Of a stretch of DNA of 64,000 bases, positions 8,759 through 19,187 are shown one piece after another. The notes beneath the pieces were generated by a model. That model saw only the letters and a list, made by a program, of their open reading frames with translations. It was not told the DNA's origin and made no database searches. The stretch is from Bacteroidales bacterium (lineage in GTDB: Bacteria > Bacteroidota > Bacteroidia > Bacteroidales > GCA-2748055). The stretch lies in NCBI GenBank assembly GCA_030589895.1, contig JAUUZQ010000001.1:31545-95544 (forward strand). Direction: 5' to 3'. The number at the start of each line of letters is the position of its first letter. Position 1 is the first letter of the stretch. The position numbers and the translations under genes were made by a program.

Positions 8759-9232
8759 ATGAAGAGTAAAATTGCAATATTTCCGGGATCCTTTGACCCT
8801 TTCACTATCGGTCATGAATCAATTGTACTGCGTGCCAGTTCTCTCTTTGATTCTATCATTATCGGCATTGGTGTTAACTCAGGGAAAAAAGCCTTACTAT
8901 CTGTGGAATCCCGTGTTGCTATGATCAATGAGATTTTTAAAGATGTTCCAACTGTTTCGGTTGATTCGTTTGAAGGCCTTACCGTCGATTTCTGTAAACG
9001 GGTAAAAGCAAATTATATGCTTCGTGGAATTCGAACATCATCTGATTTTGAATATGAGAGGGCAATTGCCCAAATCAATAAAAAGATGCTACCTGATGTT
9101 GAATCTGTATTTCTCCTCACCAGTCCGGAACATACTCCCGTAAACTCCACAATTATCCGTGATATTATTCGCAATCAGGGAGATGCATCTCAATTTCTTC
9201 CTGCAGGTATAGATATTAATAATTACCTCTAA
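8759..9232 (+). CDS. coaD: Phosphopantetheine adenylyltransferase
   Basis: 157 aa with the FPGSFDPFTIGHESIV nucleotidyltransferase motif and a typical length. Confidence 0.93.
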   Translation: MKSKIAIFPGSFDPFTIGHESIVLRASSLFDSIIIGIGVNSGKKALLSVESRVAMINEIFKDVPTVSVDSFEGLTVDFCKRVKANYMLRGIRTSSDFEYERAIAQINKKMLPDVESVFLLTSPEHTPVNSTIIRDIIRNQGDASQFLPAGIDINNYL

Positions 9233-9233
9233 G

Positions 9234-10670
9234 ATGAGACTGCGAAGCGGGCTATTTTCCATCCTTCTCTTATTTTCCACTTTTTCATTCGGACAAAGCA
9301 CTATAATTCATGGCGTATCTGAGGATTACGCCAATGAAAAGATATCGGTTGACTATGTTTTTAATCCAATTACTAACAACACGATATCCCTGGATACTAT
9401 ATCTATCGACAGCTCTGGTAAATTTTCTACTGAGTTAACCTTGGAGGGTTTAACGTGGATTCAGCTGGAACTTGGAGTGTATAAATGTCTGCTGCTCATA
9501 ATGCCCGGACATAAATATGAGATTTCTCTTCCTCCCAGAAGAGATAAAACTGAAGCCGAAATCAGAAGTCTCTTTTTTGAATCCATAGCTATTTATATAA
9601 GAGTAAAGGAAGATGTTTTGCAAAATGAAAATTTAACATTTGCAAAACATTGCGATTTGAATAGCAATATTTTCAAGTTTGACACACTCCTGTTTAGCAT
9701 AAACGATGACCAGTTAATTGCCAGAAACCGCAAAGAATCATTCCCGATTGATTCCCTTATTGAGTCAGTAGAAAGAAACTATAAAAATGACACCTCAACT
9801 TATTTTTCAAAATATAGAAAATACAGATACGGGCTTATTCAAATGAATAGTGGAATTAGATCACTTAAAATTATATACGACAATTATCTGTCAGTAGAAT
9901 CTCCGGAATTACACAATCCGGCTTATCTTGATCTGTTCAGTAAAATGTATGAGAGATTCTTCTATTACTTTTCACGCACAAAAGATGGGGCAGATCTGAA
10001 CCATGCAATTAATGCAGAACATAGTTTAAGTGCCCTCCGCAGAGAGCTCAAAAAGCACAATTCGATTCCAAACGACACCATCGCTGACCTGGTAATCATG
10101 AAGGAGGTAAATGATTCTTTCTACCGGGATTATTATTACAAAGAAGCCCTGCTTATACTACTTGATTCGATAATTGTGAACCCCAGTATACCAGCCTACT
10201 CATTGTTTGCCTCTGATATACATGACAAGCTTACCAATTTGATGATCGGAACCTTACCGCCTGATTTTGAACTCCTTAACCAATCGGAAAAAAGAATCAG
10301 TCTGGAAGATTTAAAAGGTAAATATGTATTTCTTGTCTTTTGTACACCAGATGATTATTCATGTTTAAAAGAGTATCCATTTTTGAGATTATTGCACGAA
10401 AAGCATCATGATTATCTTGAGGTTACAAGCGTCATGGTAACGGAAACCCTGACAGACATGCAAGAATTTATGAAGAGAAACAAATATTCCTGGTTAAGCC
10501 TTTTTTATGGGAATAACGAGGAGCTGCTACAATCATATAGTGTAAACTCTTTCCCAACATGTTTTCTTATAGGTCCGGATGGATTGCTGATCCAATCACC
10601 TGCCACCCTGCCAACAGAAGGGTTTGAACAACAATTATTTAGAATAATGCGATCTAGAGGAGATCTCTAA
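9234..10670 (+). CDS. Secreted thioredoxin-fold (TlpA/AhpC-like) protein with degenerate active site
   Basis: It has a signal peptide. C-terminal LEDLKGKYVFLVFCTPDDYSCLKEYPFL...FPTCFLIGPDG aligns to TlpA-like redoxins, but WCxxC is replaced by FCTPDDYSC. Confidence 0.55.
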   Translation: MRLRSGLFSILLLFSTFSFGQSTIIHGVSEDYANEKISVDYVFNPITNNTISLDTISIDSSGKFSTELTLEGLTWIQLELGVYKCLLLIMPGHKYEISLPPRRDKTEAEIRSLFFESIAIYIRVKEDVLQNENLTFAKHCDLNSNIFKFDTLLFSINDDQLIARNRKESFPIDSLIESVERNYKNDTSTYFSKYRKYRYGLIQMNSGIRSLKIIYDNYLSVESPELHNPAYLDLFSKMYERFFYYFSRTKDGADLNHAINAEHSLSALRRELKKHNSIPNDTIADLVIMKEVNDSFYRDYYYKEALLILLDSIIVNPSIPAYSLFASDIHDKLTNLMIGTLPPDFELLNQSEKRISLEDLKGKYVFLVFCTPDDYSCLKEYPFLRLLHEKHHDYLEVTSVMVTETLTDMQEFMKRNKYSWLSLFYGNNEELLQSYSVNSFPTCFLIGPDGLLIQSPATLPTEGFEQQLFRIMRSRGDL

Positions 10671-11268
10671 GGTAAAGAACATCCAAAACGCTTGGATATG
10701 TATTTTTTCTAATGAAGTCTGTGTTCCCGGGAGTAACCCACCTGACCTCTGTAATTTTTTCTTTGATCTCAGGAACAGGCTCTTTACTTCCATTGTAGCT
10801 CATCTCATACCACTTTGTCTTTTTCAGCACCATATCATCTGATAGCTGATAGGTATGATACGTAGACAATATGGGTCGTATAATCTTCAGTTTGTCCAAA
10901 CCTGTTTCTTCTTCAACTTCACGCAAAGCTGCAGTTTCAAAATTCTCTTTCTTTTCAAGCTTTCCTTTTGGTAAATCCCAAATTCCATCTCTCAGTATAA
11001 CCAGGAATTCACCCTTTTTATTAATCACAACTCCCCCTCCTGCTTCAACATAGTTAAAGCAAGCTTTGAATTCATCGAAAAGTGATATAATATCATCGTG
11101 GAAAATGAAAAGTTTGTCAATTCTTTTCAGAAAATAGAAAGCATGAACCAACTCAGTTAATTCATGAATATTATTGAATCTGTAGAATAGTCCACTATTC
11201 CTTTCAAAGATCTTTGAAAAATCATCACCAAAATATACAGCTCTGTCCTTAAAAAAAACTTTATACAT
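10654..11268 (-). CDS. NUDIX hydrolase
   Basis: Nudix box GKLEKKENFETAALREVEEETG. Its 3' end overlaps the convergent upstream gene by 17 nt. Confidence 0.85.
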   Translation of the reverse strand: MYKVFFKDRAVYFGDDFSKIFERNSGLFYRFNNIHELTELVHAFYFLKRIDKLFIFHDDIISLFDEFKACFNYVEAGGGVVINKKGEFLVILRDGIWDLPKGKLEKKENFETAALREVEEETGLDKLKIIRPILSTYHTYQLSDDMVLKKTKWYEMSYNGSKEPVPEIKEKITEVRWVTPGNTDFIRKNTYPSVLDVLYLRDLL

Positions 11269-11275
11269 TTGTTGA

Positions 11276-11905
11276 ATGAATAAGAGAAAAATAGCTGAGT
11301 TCCTATTACAAAGTAAAGCAATAAAAATAGAAACTGCAAGTCCGTTTTTATGGGCTTCAGGATGGAAATCACCAATCTATTGCGACAACAGAAAAACACT
11401 TTCCTACCCGGATACCCGTTCCTATATCAGAAATCAATATGCAGAAGCAATTCAACAAAATTTTAGTGATGTTGATTTGATTGCCGGAGTTGCTACCGGA
11501 GCTATTGCACAAGGAGCACTGGTTGCAGATATCATGGGGCTTCCATTTATATATGTTAGAAGTAGTGCAAAAAAACATGGAATGGAAAATCTGATTGAGG
11601 GCTATTATGAATCCGGACAAAGAGTAGTTGTGATTGAAGACCTCATTTCGACAGGTGGCAGTTCATTAAAAGCAGTACAAGCGCTAAAAAAAGCAGGATG
11701 TGATGTTTTGGGTATGGTAGCAACGTTTACATATGGGTTCAACGAAGCAGATCAGAATTTTAAACAGCATAATGTTAAGCTAATCACCTTGAGTGATTAT
11801 GACACCATGCTGGAACAGGCACTGGAGAGTGGATATATACAATCCAGTCAAATAGAATTACTAAAAAAATGGAGGCTGGACCCATCAAACTGGACCGGTC
11901 AATAA
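11276..11905 (+). CDS. pyrE: Orotate phosphoribosyltransferase
   Basis: SGWKSPIYCDNR and the PRPP-binding loop VVVIEDLISTGGS; 209 aa. Confidence 0.93.
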   Translation: MNKRKIAEFLLQSKAIKIETASPFLWASGWKSPIYCDNRKTLSYPDTRSYIRNQYAEAIQQNFSDVDLIAGVATGAIAQGALVADIMGLPFIYVRSSAKKHGMENLIEGYYESGQRVVVIEDLISTGGSSLKAVQALKKAGCDVLGMVATFTYGFNEADQNFKQHNVKLITLSDYDTMLEQALESGYIQSSQIELLKKWRLDPSNWTGQ

Positions 11906-11926
11906 ACCTTCAAAACCGAAATTATA

Positions 11927-12343
11927 ATGAAAATAGAAAGTAGAATCGGGAAGGCTGATTCAGGTGCAGAGCTAATCTATAATTTTATTATAGATTTCAG
12001 AAACTTCAAAAACATAATCCCACAGGAAAAAGTAAGTGACTGGGAAGCGGATGAAGAGAGTTGTAGTTTTAAGATAGATACCATTGGTACAATGGGCATG
12101 AAGATTTTTGAAAAAGAGCCTTTCAAACTCATCAAAATAAAAAGTGACCCATCAATTTCTCAGTATAACTTTACCATGTGGATTCAGATCAAAGAAGTAG
12201 ACGCTACAGGCTCCCGAATAAAAATCACCATCGAACCGGATATAAATAAAATGTTGATCCCTATGGTAAAATCACCGCTGAAACAATTTGTCAATTCATT
12301 GGTGGAAAAGATTGAAACTTTTGATTTTATGCAAAAAAAATGA
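11927..12343 (+). CDS. Hypothetical protein (possibly SRPBCC-fold)
   Basis: 138 aa, no signal peptide, no diagnostic motif. The fold guess rests only on size and alternating pattern. Confidence 0.3.
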   Translation: MKIESRIGKADSGAELIYNFIIDFRNFKNIIPQEKVSDWEADEESCSFKIDTIGTMGMKIFEKEPFKLIKIKSDPSISQYNFTMWIQIKEVDATGSRIKITIEPDINKMLIPMVKSPLKQFVNSLVEKIETFDFMQKK

Positions 12344-12395
12344 TTCAGGAGCAGGGAAGCAATAGCCAATAGTTGACAAAGTATTCTAAAGACCC

Positions 12396-13127
12396 TTAAT
12401 TAATCATCTTTATAGAATGAAAGCCATAACTCCGTATCTTGCCTGAAACCTCAATCTCCAACTCTCCAATTTCATTTACTCCAACAATTTTTCCTCTAAA
12501 ACTTTCCGAAGCTGTTTCAAATGTAGCAGGACTGTTTTTTCTATAGAGCTTTTCCAGATATTGTCTGTTTATCTGCTTCACCTCTCCTTCTTGCAATTGA
12601 TTATATCTGATCTTCAGATGATGCATTACCCTTTTCATCAGCTCCTGTAAATCAAAAACCTTTCCGGATTGTTCAGACAAGGATGTAGCAGGAAAAGAGA
12701 AAGCTGGAAACGTCAGCTGATTCACATTAATTCCAACTCCTATCACTGAATTTTTAAGAACATCTCCCTGTATTGTATGTTCAATTAAGATACCTCCTAA
12801 CTTCTTATCATTACAAATAATATCATTTGGCCACTTAATTTGAGAATTCAATCCAAACTCATCAATCGCATCCACAATTCCCAGTGATACCGTTTTTGAC
12901 AGGACAAACTGATCAGAGACTGCCAAAAATGCAGAAAACACTACCCAGCTAAAGAGTAAATTTTCATTTCTCTTACTCACCCAAATATTTTCACCCTGAC
13001 CTTTCCCAGTATCCTGATAATCAGCAATAACAACTGTGTCATCTTGCACCTTATTATACTGAAGAAGCTTTCTCATATAACTATTTGTTGAGTTTACTGT
13101 TGTTAAATGAATAAGAGTGTATTCCAT
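12396..13127 (-). CDS. birA: Biotin--[acetyl-CoA-carboxylase] ligase
   Basis: QDTGKGQGENIW (GRGRxGRxW-type loop) and KWPNDI; 243 aa with no N-terminal HTH. Confidence 0.88.
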   Translation of the reverse strand: MEYTLIHLTTVNSTNSYMRKLLQYNKVQDDTVVIADYQDTGKGQGENIWVSKRNENLLFSWVVFSAFLAVSDQFVLSKTVSLGIVDAIDEFGLNSQIKWPNDIICNDKKLGGILIEHTIQGDVLKNSVIGVGINVNQLTFPAFSFPATSLSEQSGKVFDLQELMKRVMHHLKIRYNQLQEGEVKQINRQYLEKLYRKNSPATFETASESFRGKIVGVNEIGELEIEVSGKIRSYGFHSIKMIN

Positions 13128-13242
13128 GGTATAATATTTGATATCTGGAAGAAGGATATATGCGCTTTCTTATTTCCTTAATGTAAAAATAGCGGTTAAA
13201 TTTGTCACAAAGAGAAGAAGAAGCGAAATAATTAAAAAACAG

Positions 13243-13250
13243 TACATTTG
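13243..13250 (+). promoter_or_regulatory. Candidate Bacteroidota -7 box TACATTTG (TAnnTTTG)
   Basis: Exact match to the TAnnTTTG consensus, 12 nt upstream of the rsfS ATG. No well-spaced -33 TTTG was seen. Confidence 0.3.
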
Positions 13251-13262
13251 ATAGAATATTAA

Positions 13263-13637
13263 ATGACAGATAAAAAGGAAACAAATATAGAGACCAGACT
13301 CAACTTTATACTCGACGCTATAAAGGAAAAGAAGGGTAAACAAATTGTATCAATAAACCTAATCGGGATACACAATTCAATCAGCGACTATTTTGTAATT
13401 TGTCATGGTGAATCAACAACACAGGTTGATGCCATAGCTGATGCAATTCAGGGCAAGCTTAAAAAGGAAGCTGATGTCAGAGCCCATCATATTGAGGGAA
13501 GTGAGAATAGCCAGTGGGTGCTAATAGACTATTTTGATATACTGGTTCATATATTTCTTGAGGAGAAGAGATCATTTTTCAATTTAGAGGAGTTGTGGGC
13601 AGATGGAGAAATTGAACACATTGAGGATGAAAAGTAA
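13263..13637 (+). CDS. rsfS: Ribosome silencing factor RsfS
   Basis: 124 aa with DYFVICHGESTTQVDAIADAI and WVLIDYFDILVHIF, typical of RsfS/IojAP. Confidence 0.88.
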   Translation: MTDKKETNIETRLNFILDAIKEKKGKQIVSINLIGIHNSISDYFVICHGESTTQVDAIADAIQGKLKKEADVRAHHIEGSENSQWVLIDYFDILVHIFLEEKRSFFNLEELWADGEIEHIEDEK

Positions 13638-13648
13638 ACATTAAAACT

Positions 13649-15844
13649 ATGTCAGAAAAAGATAAAAAACCATTAAATCCCTTTGGCAAGTTAGGCCAGA
13701 ATAAGGAAGGGAAACCAAAGTTTAATACATACTGGATTGTAGGAGTCATCTTACTTGCACTCCTTGGGGTACAGTTTTTAACCAACACCGGAGGAATTGC
13801 GGAAACAGATTCAAATTCCTTCTTTGAGATGTTAAAAGACGGAGATGTTGAAAAAATCGTCATTGTAAATAAAGAGAAAGTTGAGATTTATATCAAAGCA
13901 GAAAAATTGGCTGATGCCAAATACAGTGAACTGAAAGAAACCCGAAGCAACTCAGTTCTGGGACAAAGTGTTCCACAATACTATTTTACAATTGTATTTC
14001 CGGAAGTTTTTGGCCGGGAATTGAATACAGTCATGAATGAGCTCCCTCCTGATTATAAGCCATCCTACACCACTGCCGTTCGAAAAAATGTTATGGGTGA
14101 GATGTTGGTTTGGATCTTCCCTTTTCTGATAATTTTGGGAATCTGGGTATTCATGCTTCGAAAAATGGGGGGAGGCGCAGGAGGTGGTGGAGGTGCCGGT
14201 AACATTTTCAGCGTTGGTAAATCCAAAGCCAAAATCTTTGATAAAGAAACCAGTGTAAAAACTGATTTTACAGATGTTGCAGGACTTGAAGAAGCCAAAG
14301 TTGAAATCAGGGAAATCGTAGATTTTCTTAAGAATCCTAAAAAATATACAGAACTTGGGGGAAAGATTCCAAAAGGTGCTCTGTTGGTAGGCCCTCCGGG
14401 AACAGGAAAAACACTATTGGCCAAAGCAGTAGCAGGTGAGGCGAATGTTCCATTCTTCTCCATGTCAGGTTCAGACTTTGTTGAGATGTTTGTTGGTGTC
14501 GGAGCTTCGAGAGTCAGAGACTTGTTTAAACAAGCCAAAGAGAAATCTCCATGTATAGTATTTATTGACGAAATAGATGCAGTTGGACGGGCCAGGGGAA
14601 GAAACCCGAACTATGGAGCAAATGATGAACGTGAAAATACCCTTAACCAACTCTTAACTGAGATGGATGGTTTTAGCTCAAACAGTGGAGTAATTATCCT
14701 GGCTGCAACCAACCGTGCAGATGTGTTGGATTCTGCACTGCTCAGGGCTGGAAGATTCGATCGACAGATTCATGTCGAACTGCCTGATCTGAATGAAAGG
14801 AAAGCGATATTTGAAGTACATGTAAAACCACTAAAGGTTGACGATTCTGTTGATCTTGATTTCCTCTCCAAGCAAACTCCTGGATTTTCCGGAGCTGATA
14901 TTGCCAATCTTTGCAACGAATCTGCTCTTATTGCTGCACGACAAAACAAGAAATCCATTGGTAGTCAGAATTTTCTTGATGCGGTAGACAGGATCATTGG
15001 TGGTCTGGAAAAGAAAAATAAAATTATCAAGAAAGAGGAGAAACGTACCATAGCATTCCACGAAGGAGGACATGCTACTGTAAGCTGGCTACTTGAACAT
15101 GCCAATCCACTTATTAAAGTAACCATCATCCCGCGTGGACGAGCATTGGGTGCTGCATGGTATCTGCCTGAAGAGAGGCAAATCACCACCACGGAACAGA
15201 TGTTGGATGAAATGTGTGCTACATTGGGAGGACGGGCTTCGGAAGCGCTTATTTTTGGTAAGATATCAACAGGAGCGCTGAATGACCTTGAGAGAGTAAC
15301 CAAACAAGCTTATGCGATGATTTCCTATTTTGGAATGGGAAAAACAATTGGAAACAGAAGCTATTTTGACTCGTCCGGACAAAGTGAATTCTCTTTTAAT
15401 AAACCATATAGCGAGAAGACCGCCGAATTAATTGATGATGAAGTCGCATTGTTGATTGATCAGGAGTATAAAAGGGCATTGGCAATTCTAAAGAAGAACA
15501 AAGCAGGATTGACAAAACTGGCAGAGACACTACTCGAAAAAGAAGTAATCTTCAGTGAGGACCTCGAAAAAGTATTTGGCAAGCGCCCATGGAAGACTGA
15601 GGAAGAGGCTGAAAAAAAGAAGACTGTAGACAAAGCAAGGAAAAAATCCGTAAAAAGTAAAGAAAACAAGAGCGAACCGGACCCTGACAAATCCAAAAGC
15701 GAAAGTGAAGAGAAGAATACAGAGAATAGCGAAGCTCGGAAAAGCCAAAGTCAGGAGTCAAAAGTCGAAAGTGAAGAGAAGAAAGTGAAAAACAAGACTG
15801 TTAATAAAAAAGAATCCGTAAAAAAAGATCATGACGACAAATGA
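13649..15844 (+). CDS. ftsH: ATP-dependent zinc metalloprotease FtsH with Lys/Glu/Ser-rich C-terminal tail
   Basis: Two TM helices, Walker [14 protein letters not shown], Walker [10 protein letters not shown], the zinc site HEGGHA, and a charged tail of about 90 aa. Confidence 0.97.
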   Translation: MSEKDKKPLNPFGKLGQNKEGKPKFNTYWIVGVILLALLGVQFLTNTGGIAETDSNSFFEMLKDGDVEKIVIVNKEKVEIYIKAEKLADAKYSELKETRSNSVLGQSVPQYYFTIVFPEVFGRELNTVMNELPPDYKPSYTTAVRKNVMGEMLVWIFPFLIILGIWVFMLRKMGGGAGGGGGAGNIFSVGKSKAKIFDKETSVKTDFTDVAGLEEAKVEIREIVDFLKNPKKYTELGGKIPKGALLVGPPGTGKTLLAKAVAGEANVPFFSMSGSDFVEMFVGVGASRVRDLFKQAKEKSPCIVFIDEIDAVGRARGRNPNYGANDERENTLNQLLTEMDGFSSNSGVIILAATNRADVLDSALLRAGRFDRQIHVELPDLNERKAIFEVHVKPLKVDDSVDLDFLSKQTPGFSGADIANLCNESALIAARQNKKSIGSQNFLDAVDRIIGGLEKKNKIIKKEEKRTIAFHEGGHATVSWLLEHANPLIKVTIIPRGRALGAAWYLPEERQITTTEQMLDEMCATLGGRASEALIFGKISTGALNDLERVTKQAYAMISYFGMGKTIGNRSYFDSSGQSEFSFNKPYSEKTAELIDDEVALLIDQEYKRALAILKKNKAGLTKLAETLLEKEVIFSEDLEKVFGKRPWKTEEEAEKKKTVDKARKKSVKSKENKSEPDPDKSKSESEEKNTENSEARKSQSQESKVESEEKKVKNKTVNKKESVKKDHDDK

Positions 15845-16040
15845 CAGGATTATCGTATACTCCACGAATAAAATGTATGAAGCTGAAATTGTCAGACAAA
15901 TTCTTGGAGACCATAGCATCAATTCATTTTTAATTAATAAAATGGACTCTGCATACCAATTTGGTGATATTGAAATCTATGTCTTAAGAGATGATGTTAT
16001 GCGCTCCAAACTATTAATTCAAGAGTTTGAAAATCAATGA
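15831..16040 (+). CDS. Small DUF2007-like protein
   Basis: 69 aa. It overlaps ftsH by 14 nt and cdsA by 4 nt. The pattern IIVYSTNKMYEAEIVRQIL...IEIYV resembles DUF2007. Confidence 0.5.
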   Translation: MTTNDRIIVYSTNKMYEAEIVRQILGDHSINSFLINKMDSAYQFGDIEIYVLRDDVMRSKLLIQEFENQ

Positions 16041-16855
16041 TCACATTGGTAAAACGATCTATTTCAGGGATACTCATAATTGCAATTGTTTCAGGGGCGA
16101 TGATTATCGGGCAACAAACTGCCCTGGGATTAATGCTGCTAATATTTTCAATCAGCTTCCTGGAATTCAAGAGAATGTTCAAAATTGAAGACCGTAGCTT
16201 GTTTTCATTACTCTTATTTTTGGGATTGCTTTTATTAGTATTGTTTTACTTGCTATTCTCTCAAAAAATTGAATCTGTTTGGATCATAGGATATGTGATT
16301 GTAGCATTTTCTCTGATAATTCTCTATTCCCTTACAAATAGCTTATCTTCATTCAGGGATATTAGCATGATGACGCTTGCCATGTTCTGGATTTCCGGAT
16401 CACTGGCTTTTTTTCTTGCATCTGGCTGGAAAATGGAAGTAGGAAAATATAGTGCAGTACTACCCATTATTCTCTTATCATTGATCTGGATTAATGATGC
16501 AGGTGCATACCTTTTAGGATCACTGTTTGGGAAACATCAGCTATTTCCCTCGATTTCTCCCCGAAAGACCTGGGAGGGTTTTATCAGTGGATTAATCCTT
16601 ACGGGCATAGCCGGTTGGGGAGTTTCCCTGCTAATTGATAAATATTCGAGTCTGTTATGGATTACTTTAGCAGTTCTCATGAGTCTGACTTCAGTTATAG
16701 GAGACCTGTTTGAAAGTAAATTAAAACGTGAAGCAGGGGTAAAAGATTCAGGCGATGTGATTCCTGGTCATGGTGGAATCCTGGATCGCTTTGACTCCTT
16801 GCTTTTTAGTGCCCCGATTTTTATTGGAATACTAATTCTCGCTGAACTAATATGA
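16037..16855 (+). CDS. cdsA: Phosphatidate cytidylyltransferase
   Basis: Polytopic membrane protein with the signature SVIGDLFESKLKREAGVKDSGDVIPGHGGILDRFDS. Confidence 0.93.
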   Translation: MITLVKRSISGILIIAIVSGAMIIGQQTALGLMLLIFSISFLEFKRMFKIEDRSLFSLLLFLGLLLLVLFYLLFSQKIESVWIIGYVIVAFSLIILYSLTNSLSSFRDISMMTLAMFWISGSLAFFLASGWKMEVGKYSAVLPIILLSLIWINDAGAYLLGSLFGKHQLFPSISPRKTWEGFISGLILTGIAGWGVSLLIDKYSSLLWITLAVLMSLTSVIGDLFESKLKREAGVKDSGDVIPGHGGILDRFDSLLFSAPIFIGILILAELI

Positions 16856-17499
16856 GTTTACTTCATCGTGAAGGATATAAGATTATTACAATTTTCACGA
16901 CACTCGTTCTTGCGTTGTCGCTGATCTCTTACTTTGTGTTATCTCTACAATTCTACCTAGTGATTCAAGTATTATTGTTGGTCTTTATAGCTCTCGTTTT
17001 TAGATTTTTCAGAATACCCAATCGAACTTTTGCTCACAATACAGACTCAATTTTAGCTCCGGCTGATGGAACCATTGTTGCAATTGAGACTGTAGAAGAA
17101 AATGAATACTTCAAAGACAAACGAATACAGGTCTCCATCTTTATGAGTATTCATAACATACACATCAACTGGTATCCAATTTCAGGTACTATTAAATACT
17201 ATAAATATCACAAAGGAGCCTACCTTGTGGCCCGCTACCCCAAGTCATCCTGCCTCAATGAGCATAGTTCCATTGTTATTATTAATGATAAACGTGAAAT
17301 TCTGGTAAAGCAAATTGCAGGTTTTGTAGCCCGAAGAATCGTCAGCTATGCAGCTATGGGTAGCAGCGTACGATCCAGTCAGGAATTGGGATTTATCAAA
17401 TTTGGCTCCAGACTGGATGTGTTTATACCACTTGATTCAAATATTTGTGTTGAATTAGGTGAAAAAACCAAAGGTGGAGTAACAGAAATTGCCACCTGA
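16852..17499 (+). CDS. psd: Phosphatidylserine decarboxylase proenzyme
   Basis: 215 aa with C-terminal GFIKFGSRLDVFIP (G-S self-cleavage motif). It overlaps cdsA by 4 nt. Confidence 0.9.
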   Translation: MSLLHREGYKIITIFTTLVLALSLISYFVLSLQFYLVIQVLLLVFIALVFRFFRIPNRTFAHNTDSILAPADGTIVAIETVEENEYFKDKRIQVSIFMSIHNIHINWYPISGTIKYYKYHKGAYLVARYPKSSCLNEHSSIVIINDKREILVKQIAGFVARRIVSYAAMGSSVRSSQELGFIKFGSRLDVFIPLDSNICVELGEKTKGGVTEIAT

Positions 17500-17602
17500 C
17501 TTAAATAAAAGACCTTCTACTCTTTTTTAACACTTCATTAACATTTTAACACATGTAATTCAGTAAATTGCATTCACAAATTAATGTAATAATCTTAAGA
17601 TC

Positions 17603-17827
17603 ATGAAAAAAGTATTAGCTATTCTGGTGATTGCAATATTCCTTGGAGGAATAACTGCACCTGTATTTGCATCAAATAATTCATCACTATCAACAATTTC
17701 ACTTGCCGATCAAGATCCGAAAAAAGAGAAAAAAACGAAAAAAACGAAAAAAAGCGAGAAGAAATCAAGTGATTGCAATGCTGAAGCAAAAAAAGATTGT
17801 GGAAAGAGTTGTGGTTCTTCAAAGTAA
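17603..17827 (+). CDS. Small secreted Lys-rich protein with C-terminal Cys cluster
   Basis: Signal peptide MKKVLAILVIAIFLGGITAPVFA, then KKEKKTKKTKKSEKK and DCNAEAKKDCGKSCG. A strong terminator follows. Confidence 0.5.
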   Translation: MKKVLAILVIAIFLGGITAPVFASNNSSLSTISLADQDPKKEKKTKKTKKSEKKSSDCNAEAKKDCGKSCGSSK

Positions 17828-17883
17828 AGAATTCCAACTAAAAGATTTTAGTTAGATCCGTTACAGTCAGATTGTGAGTTTTG

Positions 17884-17917
17884 AAAGCTGTTTCATTTCG
17901 ATGAAACAGCTTTTTTT
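17884..17917 (+). terminator. Rho-independent terminator
   Basis: AAAGCTGTTTCAT-ttcg-ATGAAACAGCTTT: a 13-bp perfect stem followed by TTTT. Confidence 0.85.
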
Positions 17918-17953
17918 ATGACGATTTGTCAATGATTCATGAGCATTACTTTC

Positions 17954-17961
17954 TATATTTG
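17954..17961 (+). promoter_or_regulatory. Candidate -7 box TATATTTG (TAnnTTTG)
   Basis: Exact consensus 19 nt upstream of the flavodiiron ATG. A TTTG lies at 17925-17928, with a spacing slightly long for a -33 element. Confidence 0.4.
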
Positions 17962-17980
17962 CAGCAAATTAGGTTAAATT

Positions 17981-19186
17981 ATGAAAGATAATAAAACACA
18001 GAAGGTAAATGATCGTGTTGAATGGATTGGTGTATTGGATCATGAGATCATTACTTTTGATATTGTCATGGAAACAAAACATGGCACAAGCTACAATTCA
18101 TACTTTATTAATGCTGAAAAAAAGACGATTATAGATACTGTAAAATCTACTTTTTGGGACACATACCTTGAAAAATTAAAAACCTTGGTTAAGCCCAAAG
18201 AGATTGAGTATATAATATGCACGCACACAGAACCCGACCACTCCGGCTCCCTTAAATATTTACTTGAACTTGCCCCAAATGCGACAGTTGTTGGCAGCGG
18301 CCAAGCCTTAAATTATCTCGCTGAGATGATTGAAAAACCTTTCAAATGGATGAAGGTAAAGAATGGTGATATTGTTGACCTTGGTGATACACAATTACGT
18401 ATTATCGGAGCCCCAAATCTACATTGGCCTGATACGATATATGCATACCTGGAAAAAGAGAAGGTTCTTTTTACCTGTGATTCGTTTGGCGCACATTATG
18501 CCAATGAACTTATGTTTGATGATTTGGTTGGTGACTATGAAGAATCTTTTGATTACTACTTTGACGTGATCCTAAAGCCATATAGTAAATTTATGCTAAA
18601 GGCCATCGACAAGCTGGAAGGTCTGGATATTGATTGTGTTTGTCCGGGACATGGCCCAATATTGCGTTCTACCTGGAAGAACATTATTGATAAAACCAGA
18701 AAACTGTCAGCTGAATACATGAAGAATACTGAGAAAAGAAACAGGATTCTTGTGGCATATATATCAGCTTATGGCTACACCAAAGAAATGGCCAACAGAA
18801 TTTCAGACGGATTAAAGAAGTCAGGTGATTTCGATATCGATTTGGTTGACATTGAGAATATTTTGCTGGGAGATCTGGAGGAGAAGCTGGTGAGGGCTGA
18901 TGCATTGATTGTCGGCTCCCCTACCATTAATCAAAACACCTTACTACCCATCTATAAACTATTTAGTGTCATTAATCCAGTTAGAGACAAGGATAAGCCG
19001 GCAGCTGTTTTTGGATCATACGGGTGGAGCGGAGAGGCTGTGAAGATTATTGAAGATCACCTGAGTAACCTGAAACTAAAAGTAAAAAATACCCTTGCAG
19101 CCAAATTCTATCCAAATGGTGAAAAGGCCGAAGAACTCATTGAATTCGGAGTAGAATTTGGAGAGATGCTCAAAAGTGAATCCTGA
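17981..19186 (+). CDS. FprA-type flavodiiron protein (metallo-beta-lactamase + flavodoxin domains)
   Basis: Di-iron site HTEPDHSG, and a C-terminal flavodoxin-like module ILVAYISAYGYTKEMA...VGSPTINQN; 401 aa. Confidence 0.88.
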   Translation: MKDNKTQKVNDRVEWIGVLDHEIITFDIVMETKHGTSYNSYFINAEKKTIIDTVKSTFWDTYLEKLKTLVKPKEIEYIICTHTEPDHSGSLKYLLELAPNATVVGSGQALNYLAEMIEKPFKWMKVKNGDIVDLGDTQLRIIGAPNLHWPDTIYAYLEKEKVLFTCDSFGAHYANELMFDDLVGDYEESFDYYFDVILKPYSKFMLKAIDKLEGLDIDCVCPGHGPILRSTWKNIIDKTRKLSAEYMKNTEKRNRILVAYISAYGYTKEMANRISDGLKKSGDFDIDLVDIENILLGDLEEKLVRADALIVGSPTINQNTLLPIYKLFSVINPVRDKDKPAAVFGSYGWSGEAVKIIEDHLSNLKLKVKNTLAAKFYPNGEKAEELIEFGVEFGEMLKSES

Positions 19187-19187
19187 G

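Noticed and set aside
17619-17855. ORFs 17619-17837 (-) and 17667-17855 (+) overlapping the small Lys-rich secreted protein.
   Set aside because: They are alternative-frame readings of an AAG/AAA-rich tract. Only the 17603 frame has a signal peptide and is followed by the strong terminator.
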